From positions 397 through 64,396 of the forward strand of contig CANPXO010000002.1 of NCBI GenBank assembly GCA_947586205.1: a DNA stretch of 64,000 nt, written 5' to 3'. The notes under the pieces are model-generated. The model saw only the letters and a program-made list of their open reading frames with translations, searched no databases and was not told the origin of the DNA. The position numbers and the translations under genes were made by a program. Every line of letters starts with the position of its first letter. The stretch's first letter is position 1. Below, piece by piece: positions 19,497-28,754 of the stretch. Origin of the DNA: an uncultured Bacilli bacterium. Lineage in GTDB: Bacteria > Bacillota_I > Bacilli_A > RF39 > UBA660.

Positions 19497-19601
19497 CATA
19501 TCTTTATACGCATTAAACTTCACCTATAGCAACAAATGTTTGCATTTGATTTAAAAATCCTTTATAATAAAAGTATGAAAAGAGAAAGTGAGGTAATCCT
19601 C

Positions 19602-20489
19602 ATGGAAGTTTTAAAAACTCGGACCATTATGACAAAGTCAGATCAAGGTTCTAGATGGTTTGGAATTGATTATCACATGAATTTATATAAAGGTTGTCCT
19701 TTTGGTTGCATCTACTGTGATTCTAGATGTGAAGCTTATCATATTGAAAATTTTGACAAAGTAAAAATCAAGGAAAATGCTTTAGAAATTTTAGAAGAAG
19801 AATTAAAAAGCAAAAAATTAAAAGGTGTGGTTTCCTTTGGAACTCTATCTGACCCATACAATCCAGAAGAAGAAAAACTAGAACTTACAAGAAAAGCTTT
19901 AGAATTAATTGCTAAGTATGGTTTTGGAGTATCGATTGATACAAAAAGTGATTTAATTTTAAGAGATATTGATTTACTAAAACAAATTAGCGATTCCAAC
20001 AGCGTGATTATCAAAATATCTATTACGACTTATGAAGATGAACTTGCAAGAAAAATAGAACCAAATGTTATTAGTTCCACAAGAAGATTTGAAGTCTTAG
20101 AAGAACTAAGAAAAAATGGAATTTATGCGGGTGTATTAATGACTCCTGTCTTACCATTTTTAACCGATACCGAAGAAAATATTTTGAACATGATTAGCAA
20201 ATCCAAACAAGCTGATGCCAAATTTATTTATACCAAAATGGGAATGACTTTAAGAACAAACCAAAGAGATTATTACTATAATGCTTTAGATATATTATAT
20301 CCTGGACTTAAAGAAGATTATCAAGCAGTTTATGGAAGTAAACATATTTGTAACACTCTTCACTTTAGACATCTTATGGAACTTTTCTTAAAAAGATGTA
20401 GTGAAGCTCATCTTCTTACAGATATGGATATGATTATCAAAGATTATAAAAAAGAAATTCCTCAAATAGAACAAATGACTTTATTTTAA
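19602..20489 (+). CDS. radical SAM protein (SPL/DNA-repair-photolyase-like family)
   Basis: CPFGCIYCDS matches the Cx3Cx2C cluster. ATG at 19602 follows GTGAGG. Length and layout are like the SplB-related COG1533 family. Confidence 0.7.
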   Translation: MEVLKTRTIMTKSDQGSRWFGIDYHMNLYKGCPFGCIYCDSRCEAYHIENFDKVKIKENALEILEEELKSKKLKGVVSFGTLSDPYNPEEEKLELTRKALELIAKYGFGVSIDTKSDLILRDIDLLKQISDSNSVIIKISITTYEDELARKIEPNVISSTRRFEVLEELRKNGIYAGVLMTPVLPFLTDTEENILNMISKSKQADAKFIYTKMGMTLRTNQRDYYYNALDILYPGLKEDYQAVYGSKHICNTLHFRHLMELFLKRCSEAHLLTDMDMIIKDYKKEIPQIEQMTLF

Positions 20490-20553
20490 AAATTCTTCAA
20501 AATTTGAAGTATTTTTTTTAACCTTTGCACCATATTAAAGATGGGTGAAAAAT

Positions 20554-20736
20554 ATGAGCGAGAAAGAATTATTATATGTTGAAGATGCACTAGGTCATTT
20601 AGAATATTTTAAAAGACACTTATGCATTAACAAAGAATGTGTTTCAGAATCAGACGAGACAAACATCTTAAAAAAGATGGAAAAGAAATGCGATAGTCTT
20701 TATGAAACATTTTATAACTTATTGAAAGGAGAATAA
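20554..20736 (+). CDS. small hypothetical protein (60 aa), partner of the CotF-like gene
   Basis: ATG at 20554 follows GGGTGA. There is only a 2-nt gap to the next gene. Confidence 0.4.
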   Translation: MSEKELLYVEDALGHLEYFKRHLCINKECVSESDETNILKKMEKKCDSLYETFYNLLKGE

Positions 20737-20738
20737 AC

Positions 20739-20996
20739 ATGGATAATAAAACAATGCTAGAAGGAATTCTATGGGATTTAAAATGTCTAGCAGATTTATT
20801 CCTTCATGGCACGATTGAATCAGGAACAAAAAATGTTCATCAAGCTTTTGAAGTTGCTTTAACCGAAACATTAACACTTCAAAACGACTTATACACATTA
20901 ATGAGTAATGAAAATATGTATACAGTAGAAAATGTTGCCGAGACAAAACTAACCAAAGCTCAAAGCAAATATAATCCAAGTTTAAAGAGTGAGTAA
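20739..20996 (+). CDS. Coat_F (CotF-like) domain protein
   Basis: MLEGILWDLKCLADLFLHGTIESGTKNVHQAFEVALTETLTLQNDLYTLMSNENMY follows the helical Coat_F pattern (L..K.....Y..a..E......f......q..ly..M....Y). Confidence 0.5.
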   Translation: MDNKTMLEGILWDLKCLADLFLHGTIESGTKNVHQAFEVALTETLTLQNDLYTLMSNENMYTVENVAETKLTKAQSKYNPSLKSE

Positions 20997-21085
20997 TCAT
21001 TCTTTTTTTGATGAAAAATGATTGAAAAATACTAGTAAATTATAAAATGCTTTGCTATAATATAAAATACGAGGAGATGTAAAAA

Positions 21086-21847
21086 ATGAAAAAGAAAATT
21101 ATAGGATTGCTAGCCATATTCATTACTTGTTTTGGGGTTTTTCTTACCAATGTTGAAGCGAAAGGAAAAGTAACAATTTATCTTTTTTCTCAAACTACTT
21201 GTCCACATTGTCGAGAAGCAAAAGCCTTTTTCAAAGAATTAAAAAAAGATAGTAAATATAAAGATATGTTTGAGCTTCGCAATATAACCGTGGATGATAA
21301 AAATCATAAAGAATATCAAGACTTATTTGAAAAGGCAGCAGAAAAAATGGGAGATGAAGCTGATGGTGTTCCTTATTATGTCATCGGAAATACATCATTT
21401 ACGAAAGGATATTCAAGCAAGTATGATGATGCAATCAAAGAAGCAATTGAAGAAGCTTATAATCTAGATAATTTTGTAAGTCCAATTGCCGACATTGTTG
21501 GTGAAAATGGTGAAATTCTTTACGAAGATGTGAAAAGTGATTTTCTGGCGCCTATTATTGTTTTAGTTATCGCATTAGCTATTATTGGAGGAACCATTTA
21601 CTTTGCAAGACAATCAGGAGAAGAAGATAAGAAAGAATTACCAAAAGAAGAAGAGAAAGAACAAATGCTTGAAACAAAAGAATCAGAACCTGTAAAAGTT
21701 GAGAAAAAAAGTCCATCAACTAAGAAAAAAACTTCAAAATCAACAACAAGTAAAACAACGAAAAAAACAACAACGAAAAAAGCCACAGCTAAAAAAACGA
21801 CGACTGCAAAAACAACATCAACAAAAAGAAATACAACCAAGAAATAA
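21086..21847 (+). CDS. secreted/anchored thioredoxin-fold protein with Lys/Thr-rich C-terminal tail
   Basis: Signal peptide (..FLTNVEA), CPHC redox motif, a TM segment (LAPIIVLVIALAIIGGTIYFA), then the tail KKSPSTKKKTSKSTTSKTTKKTTTKKATAKKTTTAKTTSTKRNTTKK. Confidence 0.65.
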   Translation: MKKKIIGLLAIFITCFGVFLTNVEAKGKVTIYLFSQTTCPHCREAKAFFKELKKDSKYKDMFELRNITVDDKNHKEYQDLFEKAAEKMGDEADGVPYYVIGNTSFTKGYSSKYDDAIKEAIEEAYNLDNFVSPIADIVGENGEILYEDVKSDFLAPIIVLVIALAIIGGTIYFARQSGEEDKKELPKEEEKEQMLETKESEPVKVEKKSPSTKKKTSKSTTSKTTKKTTTKKATAKKTTTAKTTSTKRNTTKK

Positions 21848-21853
21848 AAAATG

Positions 21854-21880
21854 ATCATTCTGTAAAAGGAATGATTTTTT
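21854..21880 (+). terminator. intrinsic terminator
   Basis: ATCATTC-tgtaaaag-GAATGAT followed by TTTTTT. Confidence 0.6.
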
Positions 21881-21917
21881 ATGCTCAAAAAAATTTATGT
21901 CATAAAAAAAGGAAACA

Positions 21918-22469
21918 TTATTTTTGTTTCCAAGTCTGATAAATATCGAGTAAAGAATAACAAATCATCGCTATACCAATAAACATGAATACCACGTTAT
22001 CAGCTAGAAGTGTATAAACACCTAAAGCAATAATGACAAATCCGACAATCACATCTGTAATAAATAAACTGGAATGAGTATCTTTTATCATGAATGCATC
22101 TTCTAACTTTTGAAGTCCCACAAAAATGAGCCATATTCCTGAAATAATTTGTATCATTGTCGCAAAGAAATTAGAAAATAAAATACAAATAAGTCCTAAC
22201 ACAAAACAAACAACCGAAACATACAAATAACTTTCATTAAAGAAATCAACAACTTCTTTGGCTTTCTGATACTGAACAAACTTATAAATTCCATATAGTA
22301 AAACCAAAAGACCAATCACACTGAAAACCATGGAGACAACTTCTTTAGATCGAAACAACAAGACAATTCCTAGAACTAACAAAACAATAGAAGAAAGATA
22401 GGGACTTGTATAATATGATTTTTTCTTTTTCTTCTTTCCTTTCTTTTGATTCACAACAGTAACTTTCAT
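21918..22469 (-). CDS. DUF308/HdeD-like membrane protein
   Basis: Repeated TM hairpins with the G-x3-G-I-Y/W pattern. ATG at 22469 is preceded by GGAGGA. Confidence 0.5.
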   Translation of the reverse strand: MKVTVVNQKKGKKKKKKSYYTSPYLSSIVLLVLGIVLLFRSKEVVSMVFSVIGLLVLLYGIYKFVQYQKAKEVVDFFNESYLYVSVVCFVLGLICILFSNFFATMIQIISGIWLIFVGLQKLEDAFMIKDTHSSLFITDVIVGFVIIALGVYTLLADNVVFMFIGIAMICYSLLDIYQTWKQK

Positions 22470-22629
22470 AACATTCCTCCTTTTCAAAATGAATTTGCTG
22501 CTATCATTTCAATTACATAATACCACAGATATAAAACATAGGTCAAGTTTTTTTCGAGAATTTTACAAGACTATACCACAAATGAAATCTTTATGATATA
22601 ATAGAAGACAAGATAAGGGGCAAAGAAAA

Positions 22630-24321
22630 GTGAAAACAGAAGAATTATTAAAAATCTTTCATAAATACGGCTTCAATTCTTACAAAAAAGAACCTTTTTT
22701 ATATGACGGAAAAGATGGAGTAGGAATTGTCTTTACAATAAAACACCCATTCTATGGCTCTCTAGATCGAGTATATTTACCAGGAACAAGTGAAGATGCT
22801 GAGAAATTTTTAGCCACTTATTATGACTATAAAAAAAATAAAAAGAAATTACAAATTGATTTAAAAGAATATAAATCAAAACTTCCTGATATTTACATTG
22901 AAAATGAAGAACCCTTAGAAGAATTAAATGTAGATGAGGTTGTAGCCTCTGAACAAAACTATATTAAAAAACTAAAAAGAACATTCTCTTTGCTGTTAAA
23001 AATTATTGAAGAAAAAATTGAAGTTCAAAACACCACATATGAAAATTTATTAAAATTAACCAATGAATATATTCAAAAACAAAATGAATATAATGAAAAA
23101 ATGAGTGAAATAGAAAAGAAACCATTTGAAAAAATAGAAGATTATCCAGAACAAATGAGCATTTCTTCTACTTCCATTGAAGATTGGCGAAACGTATTAC
23201 AAGAGACACAAGACAAGAATGTTTTAGAAACAAGCATTCATACTTTAGTAGACTTTATCAAAAATTTAGAATTAGACCAAGGCCTTTTAAAAAACAAATA
23301 TGAAATCATTAAACTTCCTTTAGAAATGAATTTAATCAAAGAAAAATTATCTTTATTAGAAAATCCTATATATAAAAGGAAAGGAATCTTTAGTAAAAAA
23401 GAAAAATTAGAAAATGCTATCAAAGAATTGGAAGAAAAAAGTACATTAAAGAATATTGTATCTTATGAACATTATGAAGAAAATGAACGTAAAAGAATTG
23501 AAGAAAAATATGCAATTATGCCTGATTTAGATATAAGAACAGTGGCTGATTACTTAATTGAATTTGATAATTTAAAAATTGAGGAGCCTCAAGTAGAAGA
23601 ATTACAAGAGGAAAAACCAAAGCAAGAAACAATAGAATATACTTTTGAAGATACAATGAAACATTTAGAAAATGCATTCTTAAGTCGTAAAAAAGAAGAC
23701 CAAGACCTCATTGTTGCCTTTGCTTATTTAACCAAAAACATTTTAAATCATCCAAATCCTGAAAAAGCAGTAGAAGCATTTTTAACCAGAATGCAAAATC
23801 CAAATAATATCATGATGCAAGTAAAATACTTTAAAAATATTGACTTTTCAAATAAAGAAAAATGTCTAGCATCTATTCAAAAATTAGTAGAAAGTGTATT
23901 AGAGTTAGAACCAACAAACATTTTAAGTGACATCAATGTTTTCTTTAAAGATAACAAACGAATTACCGCATCTTATATTTTAAAAACATCAACAAAAAGA
24001 CTTCTAGCTCCATATCAAAATCAAGGAGAAAATGATTGTACCTATATAGCAACATTAAAGAAAGACTCTGAAGTTTATTTTATTCCTGAAGAAATTGTAA
24101 CAGATATGAATGAAGATACATTACTCTTAAAAAAAGAAACACCATATTTATTTATTCCTTTACAAAATTATGAGATAAAAATGAGTGGCGAAGAAAGTAA
24201 TAAAGTGGTAGAATATGAATTAGAAAAAGAGACGAATAATAAAGTAACCATCGTCCATGATTTAAAAAGTGAGAAAGTAAATTTATATCAGTCAGTAACA
24301 ATAGAAAGGAAAGAACAATGA
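22630..24321 (+). CDS. hypothetical protein (563 aa), helical and charged
   Basis: Long ORF with GTG start after AAGGGG. No family recognised. Confidence 0.5.
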   Translation: MKTEELLKIFHKYGFNSYKKEPFLYDGKDGVGIVFTIKHPFYGSLDRVYLPGTSEDAEKFLATYYDYKKNKKKLQIDLKEYKSKLPDIYIENEEPLEELNVDEVVASEQNYIKKLKRTFSLLLKIIEEKIEVQNTTYENLLKLTNEYIQKQNEYNEKMSEIEKKPFEKIEDYPEQMSISSTSIEDWRNVLQETQDKNVLETSIHTLVDFIKNLELDQGLLKNKYEIIKLPLEMNLIKEKLSLLENPIYKRKGIFSKKEKLENAIKELEEKSTLKNIVSYEHYEENERKRIEEKYAIMPDLDIRTVADYLIEFDNLKIEEPQVEELQEEKPKQETIEYTFEDTMKHLENAFLSRKKEDQDLIVAFAYLTKNILNHPNPEKAVEAFLTRMQNPNNIMMQVKYFKNIDFSNKEKCLASIQKLVESVLELEPTNILSDINVFFKDNKRITASYILKTSTKRLLAPYQNQGENDCTYIATLKKDSEVYFIPEEIVTDMNEDTLLLKKETPYLFIPLQNYEIKMSGEESNKVVEYELEKETNNKVTIVHDLKSEKVNLYQSVTIERKEQ

Positions 24322-24956
24322 AAGACAAATTGATTTCAAACCTAAGAAATTCACTCGATATTTTAACGAGTGAAGCAAAAGAAGAAGAGATTCAAAAAAT
24401 AGAAGGTCAAATAAATCAAAAATTAGAAAGCGGGACAAGTGAAGAAGACGCCGTAAAAAGTTTAGGAGGAGTAGATGAGATAGTAAAAGAAATCTATCTA
24501 AGTCGTGGAATTGATGCAAGCAAAATTACAAAAAAGAAAGGCTTCTTTTATGGAAAGTTAGAAGAGTTATTTGAATCTATTCATAATGTTGTAGATACAA
24601 TGTCTAAAAATACATTCCAAGAAAATATTAAAATTATATTAGATTTACTTGTTTTAATTGTCATCATCTGTGCCATTAAAATTCCATTTTTATTCATTGA
24701 AAATATTGGAGATAGTTTACTAGAGGCTTTAGAAAATAATACTATAAATATGATATGGGGTTTAGTTATTGATTTAGCTTATATCATTGTAACAATTATG
24801 GTATTTATGAACATCTTCACAAAATGGTTTCATAATATTAAAAGTAAAACTCAAGTGAAAAAAGAAGAATCTCCAAAAATAGAAATGCCACAGAAGAAAA
24901 TAGAAGGTAAAGAATTAGAAAGTGTAAGTCTTACGGATAAAGTTGATAAACAATAA
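24318..24956 (+). CDS. DUF1700-like membrane protein
   Basis: The N-terminus SLDILTSEAKEEEIQKIEGQINQKLESGTSEEDAVKSLGGVDEIVKEIY resembles the DUF1700 consensus (..eer.eil.dyeehf.e....G.sEeevi..LG.p..iAkei). C-terminal TM segments. 4-nt overlap with the upstream gene. Confidence 0.5.
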   Translation: MKDKLISNLRNSLDILTSEAKEEEIQKIEGQINQKLESGTSEEDAVKSLGGVDEIVKEIYLSRGIDASKITKKKGFFYGKLEELFESIHNVVDTMSKNTFQENIKIILDLLVLIVIICAIKIPFLFIENIGDSLLEALENNTINMIWGLVIDLAYIIVTIMVFMNIFTKWFHNIKSKTQVKKEESPKIEMPQKKIEGKELESVSLTDKVDKQ

Positions 24957-24961
24957 AAAGC

Positions 24962-24984
24962 GAGGGATGTTCCCTCATTTTTTT
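24962..24984 (+). terminator. intrinsic terminator
   Basis: GAGGGA-tgt-TCCCTC followed by aTTTTTTT. Confidence 0.7.
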
Positions 24985-25149
24985 ATGTCTTGGCTTTTTT
25001 CTTTGCTCTAAAAGTTTAAAGGTAAAGATTTACGGTATACTGTAAAGAAATAGAAAATGACGCAAAAATTTACGTCACATCGTAAAAAAATTGACAAGTG
25101 TGCATAATTATATTATAATGAGTACAGAAAGAAAGGAAATGTGATTTTT

Positions 25150-26349
25150 ATGGTAAAACGTGAAAGATATTTAAAAGAAATAAGACCATTTTATAATCAA
25201 GAATTAATTAAAGTATTAGTTGGCATAAGACGTTCGGGCAAATCTGTCATACTAACTCAAATTATGGATGAGTTAAAAGAAGACGGAATAGACGAGAAAC
25301 ATATTATATACATGAACTTTGAAGATTTTGACTATGACGAATATACAAATCCAAAAGAATTAAATAAATATATAAAAGAAAAAATAACTGATACCAAAAA
25401 ATATTATATTTTCTTTGATGAAATTCAAAATGTAGAATTTTGGGAAAAAGTTGTAAATTCCTTAAGAGCTACGAAAAATACATCTATTTTTATCACAGGT
25501 TCCAATAGTGATTTATTATCAAGTGATTTAGCTACTCATATTGCAGGCCGATATGTAAGTTTCAGAGTAACGCCTTTTACCTTTAAAGAGGTATGTGAAC
25601 TTTTACACAAAAATAATAAAAAGGAATTAGATGATTTATTTAAAGATTATATAAAATGGGGCGGGATGCCTCAGCGATTTATGCAACAAGATGATACTTC
25701 TAGAAAAATTTATTTAAGAGATATTTATGATTCTATTATTATGAAAGATATTGTGAAAAGATTTAATATAAAAGATATTGATTTATTAAATCGAATTGTA
25801 ACGTATATTCTTACAACTCCTTCTCAAACATTCTCAGGAGAAAAATTAAGAAAATATTTTGAAAGTGATTCGAGAAGTGTTTCATTAGAAACTTTATACA
25901 ACTATATGGATTATTTAACAAGATCAAATTTAATATCCAAAGTAGAACGATTTGATTTAAGAGGAAAAAGAATACTTACTGGAAAATATAAATATTATTT
26001 AACTGATCTTGGGTTTAAAAATATATTAAGCGAAGGAAAAAGAGAACAAATTGGTGCTTATCTAGAAAACATAGTCTATAATGAATTGGTCGCAAGAGGA
26101 TATAAAGTAAATACAGGTAATATAGAAAATGGTGAGATTGATTTTATTGCCACAAGATTTAATGAAAAAATATATATTCAAGTTGCCTATGTTCTATCAG
26201 ATGAAACGGTGATAGAAAGAGAATTTGGAGCATTTAAAAAAGTGGAAGATAATTATCCTAAATATGTCATATCCACAGATAAATATGATTTTTCTCAAGA
26301 TGGAATCATTCATAAAAATATAATAGATTGGTTATTAGAAGAGGAGTAG
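25150..26349 (+). CDS. AAA+ ATPase of the AAA_14/DUF4143 (COG1373) type
   Basis: Walker A GIRRSGKSV, Walker B YIFFDEIQ, and a C-terminal region typical of DUF4143 proteins. Promoter TTGACA-17-TATAAT at 25091-25119. Confidence 0.75.
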   Translation: MVKRERYLKEIRPFYNQELIKVLVGIRRSGKSVILTQIMDELKEDGIDEKHIIYMNFEDFDYDEYTNPKELNKYIKEKITDTKKYYIFFDEIQNVEFWEKVVNSLRATKNTSIFITGSNSDLLSSDLATHIAGRYVSFRVTPFTFKEVCELLHKNNKKELDDLFKDYIKWGGMPQRFMQQDDTSRKIYLRDIYDSIIMKDIVKRFNIKDIDLLNRIVTYILTTPSQTFSGEKLRKYFESDSRSVSLETLYNYMDYLTRSNLISKVERFDLRGKRILTGKYKYYLTDLGFKNILSEGKREQIGAYLENIVYNELVARGYKVNTGNIENGEIDFIATRFNEKIYIQVAYVLSDETVIEREFGAFKKVEDNYPKYVISTDKYDFSQDGIIHKNIIDWLLEEE

Positions 26350-26355
26350 AATAAT

Positions 26356-26787
26356 ATGGAAAAAGTAAAATGTACCATCGCAGATATTCTTATGGATATT
26401 CACGATAGAGAATGTGTATTTTTGAAAACGGATACATTGGAAATAGTAAATCCATGGGATTATTTAAAAGAGTTTTTGCCTGAAAATCCTACAGAAGAAG
26501 ATTATGAAAAATTACCAAGTAAAGAATCTTTAAATATTTATCCTTTACCTAGTTATGAATTTATTGATCATAAAAATATTATGTCGGAGTTTACACATAA
26601 TATATATGATAATAAAGAAATTAGAAAAGAATTATTTTATATTTTAAGAAATTATGATTATATGGATAAATTTTATGAATGTTTAAAAAAACATGATCTA
26701 TATGATGAGTATCGCGATTATGCTTCTGATTATTATAATTATGTATTTAGAGAATGGTGCGATGAACATAATATTAAATTAGGTTAA
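26356..26787 (+). CDS. small acidic protein, UPF0158-like
   Basis: The C-terminus LRNYDYMDKFYECLKKHDLYDEYRDYASDYYNYVFREWCDEHNI resembles UPF0158 (..FrrFKd.l...gi...wy.f.......a.eWceeng). Confidence 0.4.
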   Translation: MEKVKCTIADILMDIHDRECVFLKTDTLEIVNPWDYLKEFLPENPTEEDYEKLPSKESLNIYPLPSYEFIDHKNIMSEFTHNIYDNKEIRKELFYILRNYDYMDKFYECLKKHDLYDEYRDYASDYYNYVFREWCDEHNIKLG

Positions 26788-26888
26788 AGGAAAAGATGGT
26801 TTTTTCAGTATAAGCTAATCGACTATCTATGTCTCAAAATTATCACTAACAATGGAAAAGAAATGATAAAATGTGAGGTGTGTTCTAA

Positions 26889-28481
26889 ATGAACGTAAAT
26901 AATTTAAATGTAAGTATTGATGGCAATGATATTATTAAAAATGTGACTTTTACTTTGAATTCTTCTGATAAAGTAGGTTTAGTAGGGGTAAATGGAAGTG
27001 GAAAATCAACTTTATTAAAAACTCTTGCAGGTGAGATTCCTTATGATAATGGAAATATTAATTATTTAGGACAATCTGTGGGGTATTTAAGGCAAGAAAT
27101 ACCACATATTTATGATAAGATGTCTGTTTTAGAATATTTTAAGCAGAGTACGGGCATTGATAAATTAGAATCAAATTTAAAAACATTAGAAGAAAATTTA
27201 AATGAACATAATATGGAAGAATATGGAGATATTTTAAATCAGTTTTTGGCCATTGATGGATACAATTTTAATGAAAATTTAACCATTATTTTAAATGGAT
27301 TATGTTTCTCTAAAAATATAGATACACCTATTTATGAGTTATCAGGGGGAGAAAAAATAAAAGTATTGCTTGCAGATTTATTACTATCTAATCGAGATAT
27401 TATGTTATTAGATGAACCAACAAATAATTTAGATTTACAAGCAGTAGAATGGCTAGAAAGTTATTTGAAAAAATCTACAAAAAAAATGATTCTTGTTTCT
27501 CATGATGAAGTTTTCTTAGATTCCATTGTAAATAAAATTTTTGAATTACATGATGGAGTGATAGATGTTTTTTCCATGACATATTCTACTTATTTATTAG
27601 AAAAAGAACATAAGTATCAAAGAGAACTAGAAGAATATGAAAAGAAACTAGATGAAAAAGAAAGAATTAAAAAACAAATGCAGAAATCAAAAGAATGGGC
27701 AAATAAAGGTGCAAATAAAAAAGCAAATAACGATAATGATAAACTTGCTAATAACTATGCCAAAGAAAGAACAAATACCACAAATATTTCTAAATTATCA
27801 CGTTTGTTAGAAAATTTAAAAATTTCAAAATTCGAAGAAAAAGAAAAAATTAATTTTTTCTTGAATTATGAATATGGTAAAGGAAAACAAGATATAGTAA
27901 TTGATAATGTGGTATGTGGCTATGATAATTTTCAAACTCCAGTTTTAAATTTGGAAATTCCTTTTGGTACGAAACTTTTAATATCAGGAAAAAATGGTTC
28001 AGGAAAAACCACTTTTGTAAAAACTTTGTTAAACCAATTACCTCCTAAAAGAGGAAACATTTACATTGGAAGTGATGCAAAGATTGGGTATATTTCACAG
28101 GATACATTGGATCAAGAATGGAATTGTACAATTTTAGAATATTTAAAAAAAGATAACGAAAATGTTGATCCATCATTAATCTTTATTCTATTAGACAAAT
28201 TTCATATACCTTATGAGGATAAAGATAAACAATATAAGAATTTGTCTCCGGGAGAAAGAACTCGTGTCAATTTAGTAAATATTGCTCTTCAAAAAACTAA
28301 TATATTGATACTAGATGAAGTGACGAATCATTTAGATAAAGAAGCACTCGATTTAATTTATGAACTTGTATCTTCTTATTCTGGAACAATTATTAGTATA
28401 TCTCATAACCGAAAATATAATGAAATATTACGTCCAGATATAGTACTCGATATGGATACTGGGAAGTGCATTTACTATTAG
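26889..28481 (+). CDS. ABC-F family ATPase (two ABC domains, no TM domain)
   Basis: Walker A GVNGSGKST and GKNGSGKTT. Signatures LSGGEKIK and LSPGERTR. Walker B MLLDEPTNNLD and LILDEVTNHLD. A long, charged inter-domain linker is present. Confidence 0.85.
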   Translation: MNVNNLNVSIDGNDIIKNVTFTLNSSDKVGLVGVNGSGKSTLLKTLAGEIPYDNGNINYLGQSVGYLRQEIPHIYDKMSVLEYFKQSTGIDKLESNLKTLEENLNEHNMEEYGDILNQFLAIDGYNFNENLTIILNGLCFSKNIDTPIYELSGGEKIKVLLADLLLSNRDIMLLDEPTNNLDLQAVEWLESYLKKSTKKMILVSHDEVFLDSIVNKIFELHDGVIDVFSMTYSTYLLEKEHKYQRELEEYEKKLDEKERIKKQMQKSKEWANKGANKKANNDNDKLANNYAKERTNTTNISKLSRLLENLKISKFEEKEKINFFLNYEYGKGKQDIVIDNVVCGYDNFQTPVLNLEIPFGTKLLISGKNGSGKTTFVKTLLNQLPPKRGNIYIGSDAKIGYISQDTLDQEWNCTILEYLKKDNENVDPSLIFILLDKFHIPYEDKDKQYKNLSPGERTRVNLVNIALQKTNILILDEVTNHLDKEALDLIYELVSSYSGTIISISHNRKYNEILRPDIVLDMDTGKCIYY

Positions 28482-28489
28482 GATTATCA

Positions 28490-28711
28490 TTAATTCTTTT
28501 TTTTATACTGAATAATATCTTCTACATTACAATTCAATGCTTCACAAAGTAAAGAAAGTACATATAAATCAATTCTAGAAATGGTACCTAAATAATATCC
28601 TTGAATAGTTTCAAAACGAAGTCCAGTAATTCGGCATAATCGACTCTTACTCATATGGTTCTTTTCCATAACATCTTTTAAACAAAAAACTATATTATGT
28701 GTTGAGTCCAT
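28490..28711 (-). CDS. XRE-family helix-turn-helix regulator
   Basis: MSKSRLCRITGLRFETIQGYYLGTISRIDLYVLSLLCEALNCNVEDII is an HTH_26/Cro-like pattern. ATG at 28711 follows GAAGGTG. Transcribed divergently from 28808. Confidence 0.75.
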   Translation of the reverse strand: MDSTHNIVFCLKDVMEKNHMSKSRLCRITGLRFETIQGYYLGTISRIDLYVLSLLCEALNCNVEDIIQYKKKN

Positions 28712-28754
28712 AGCTACACCTTCTTTAAATAAAGAGTATCATGAAATATCTACC

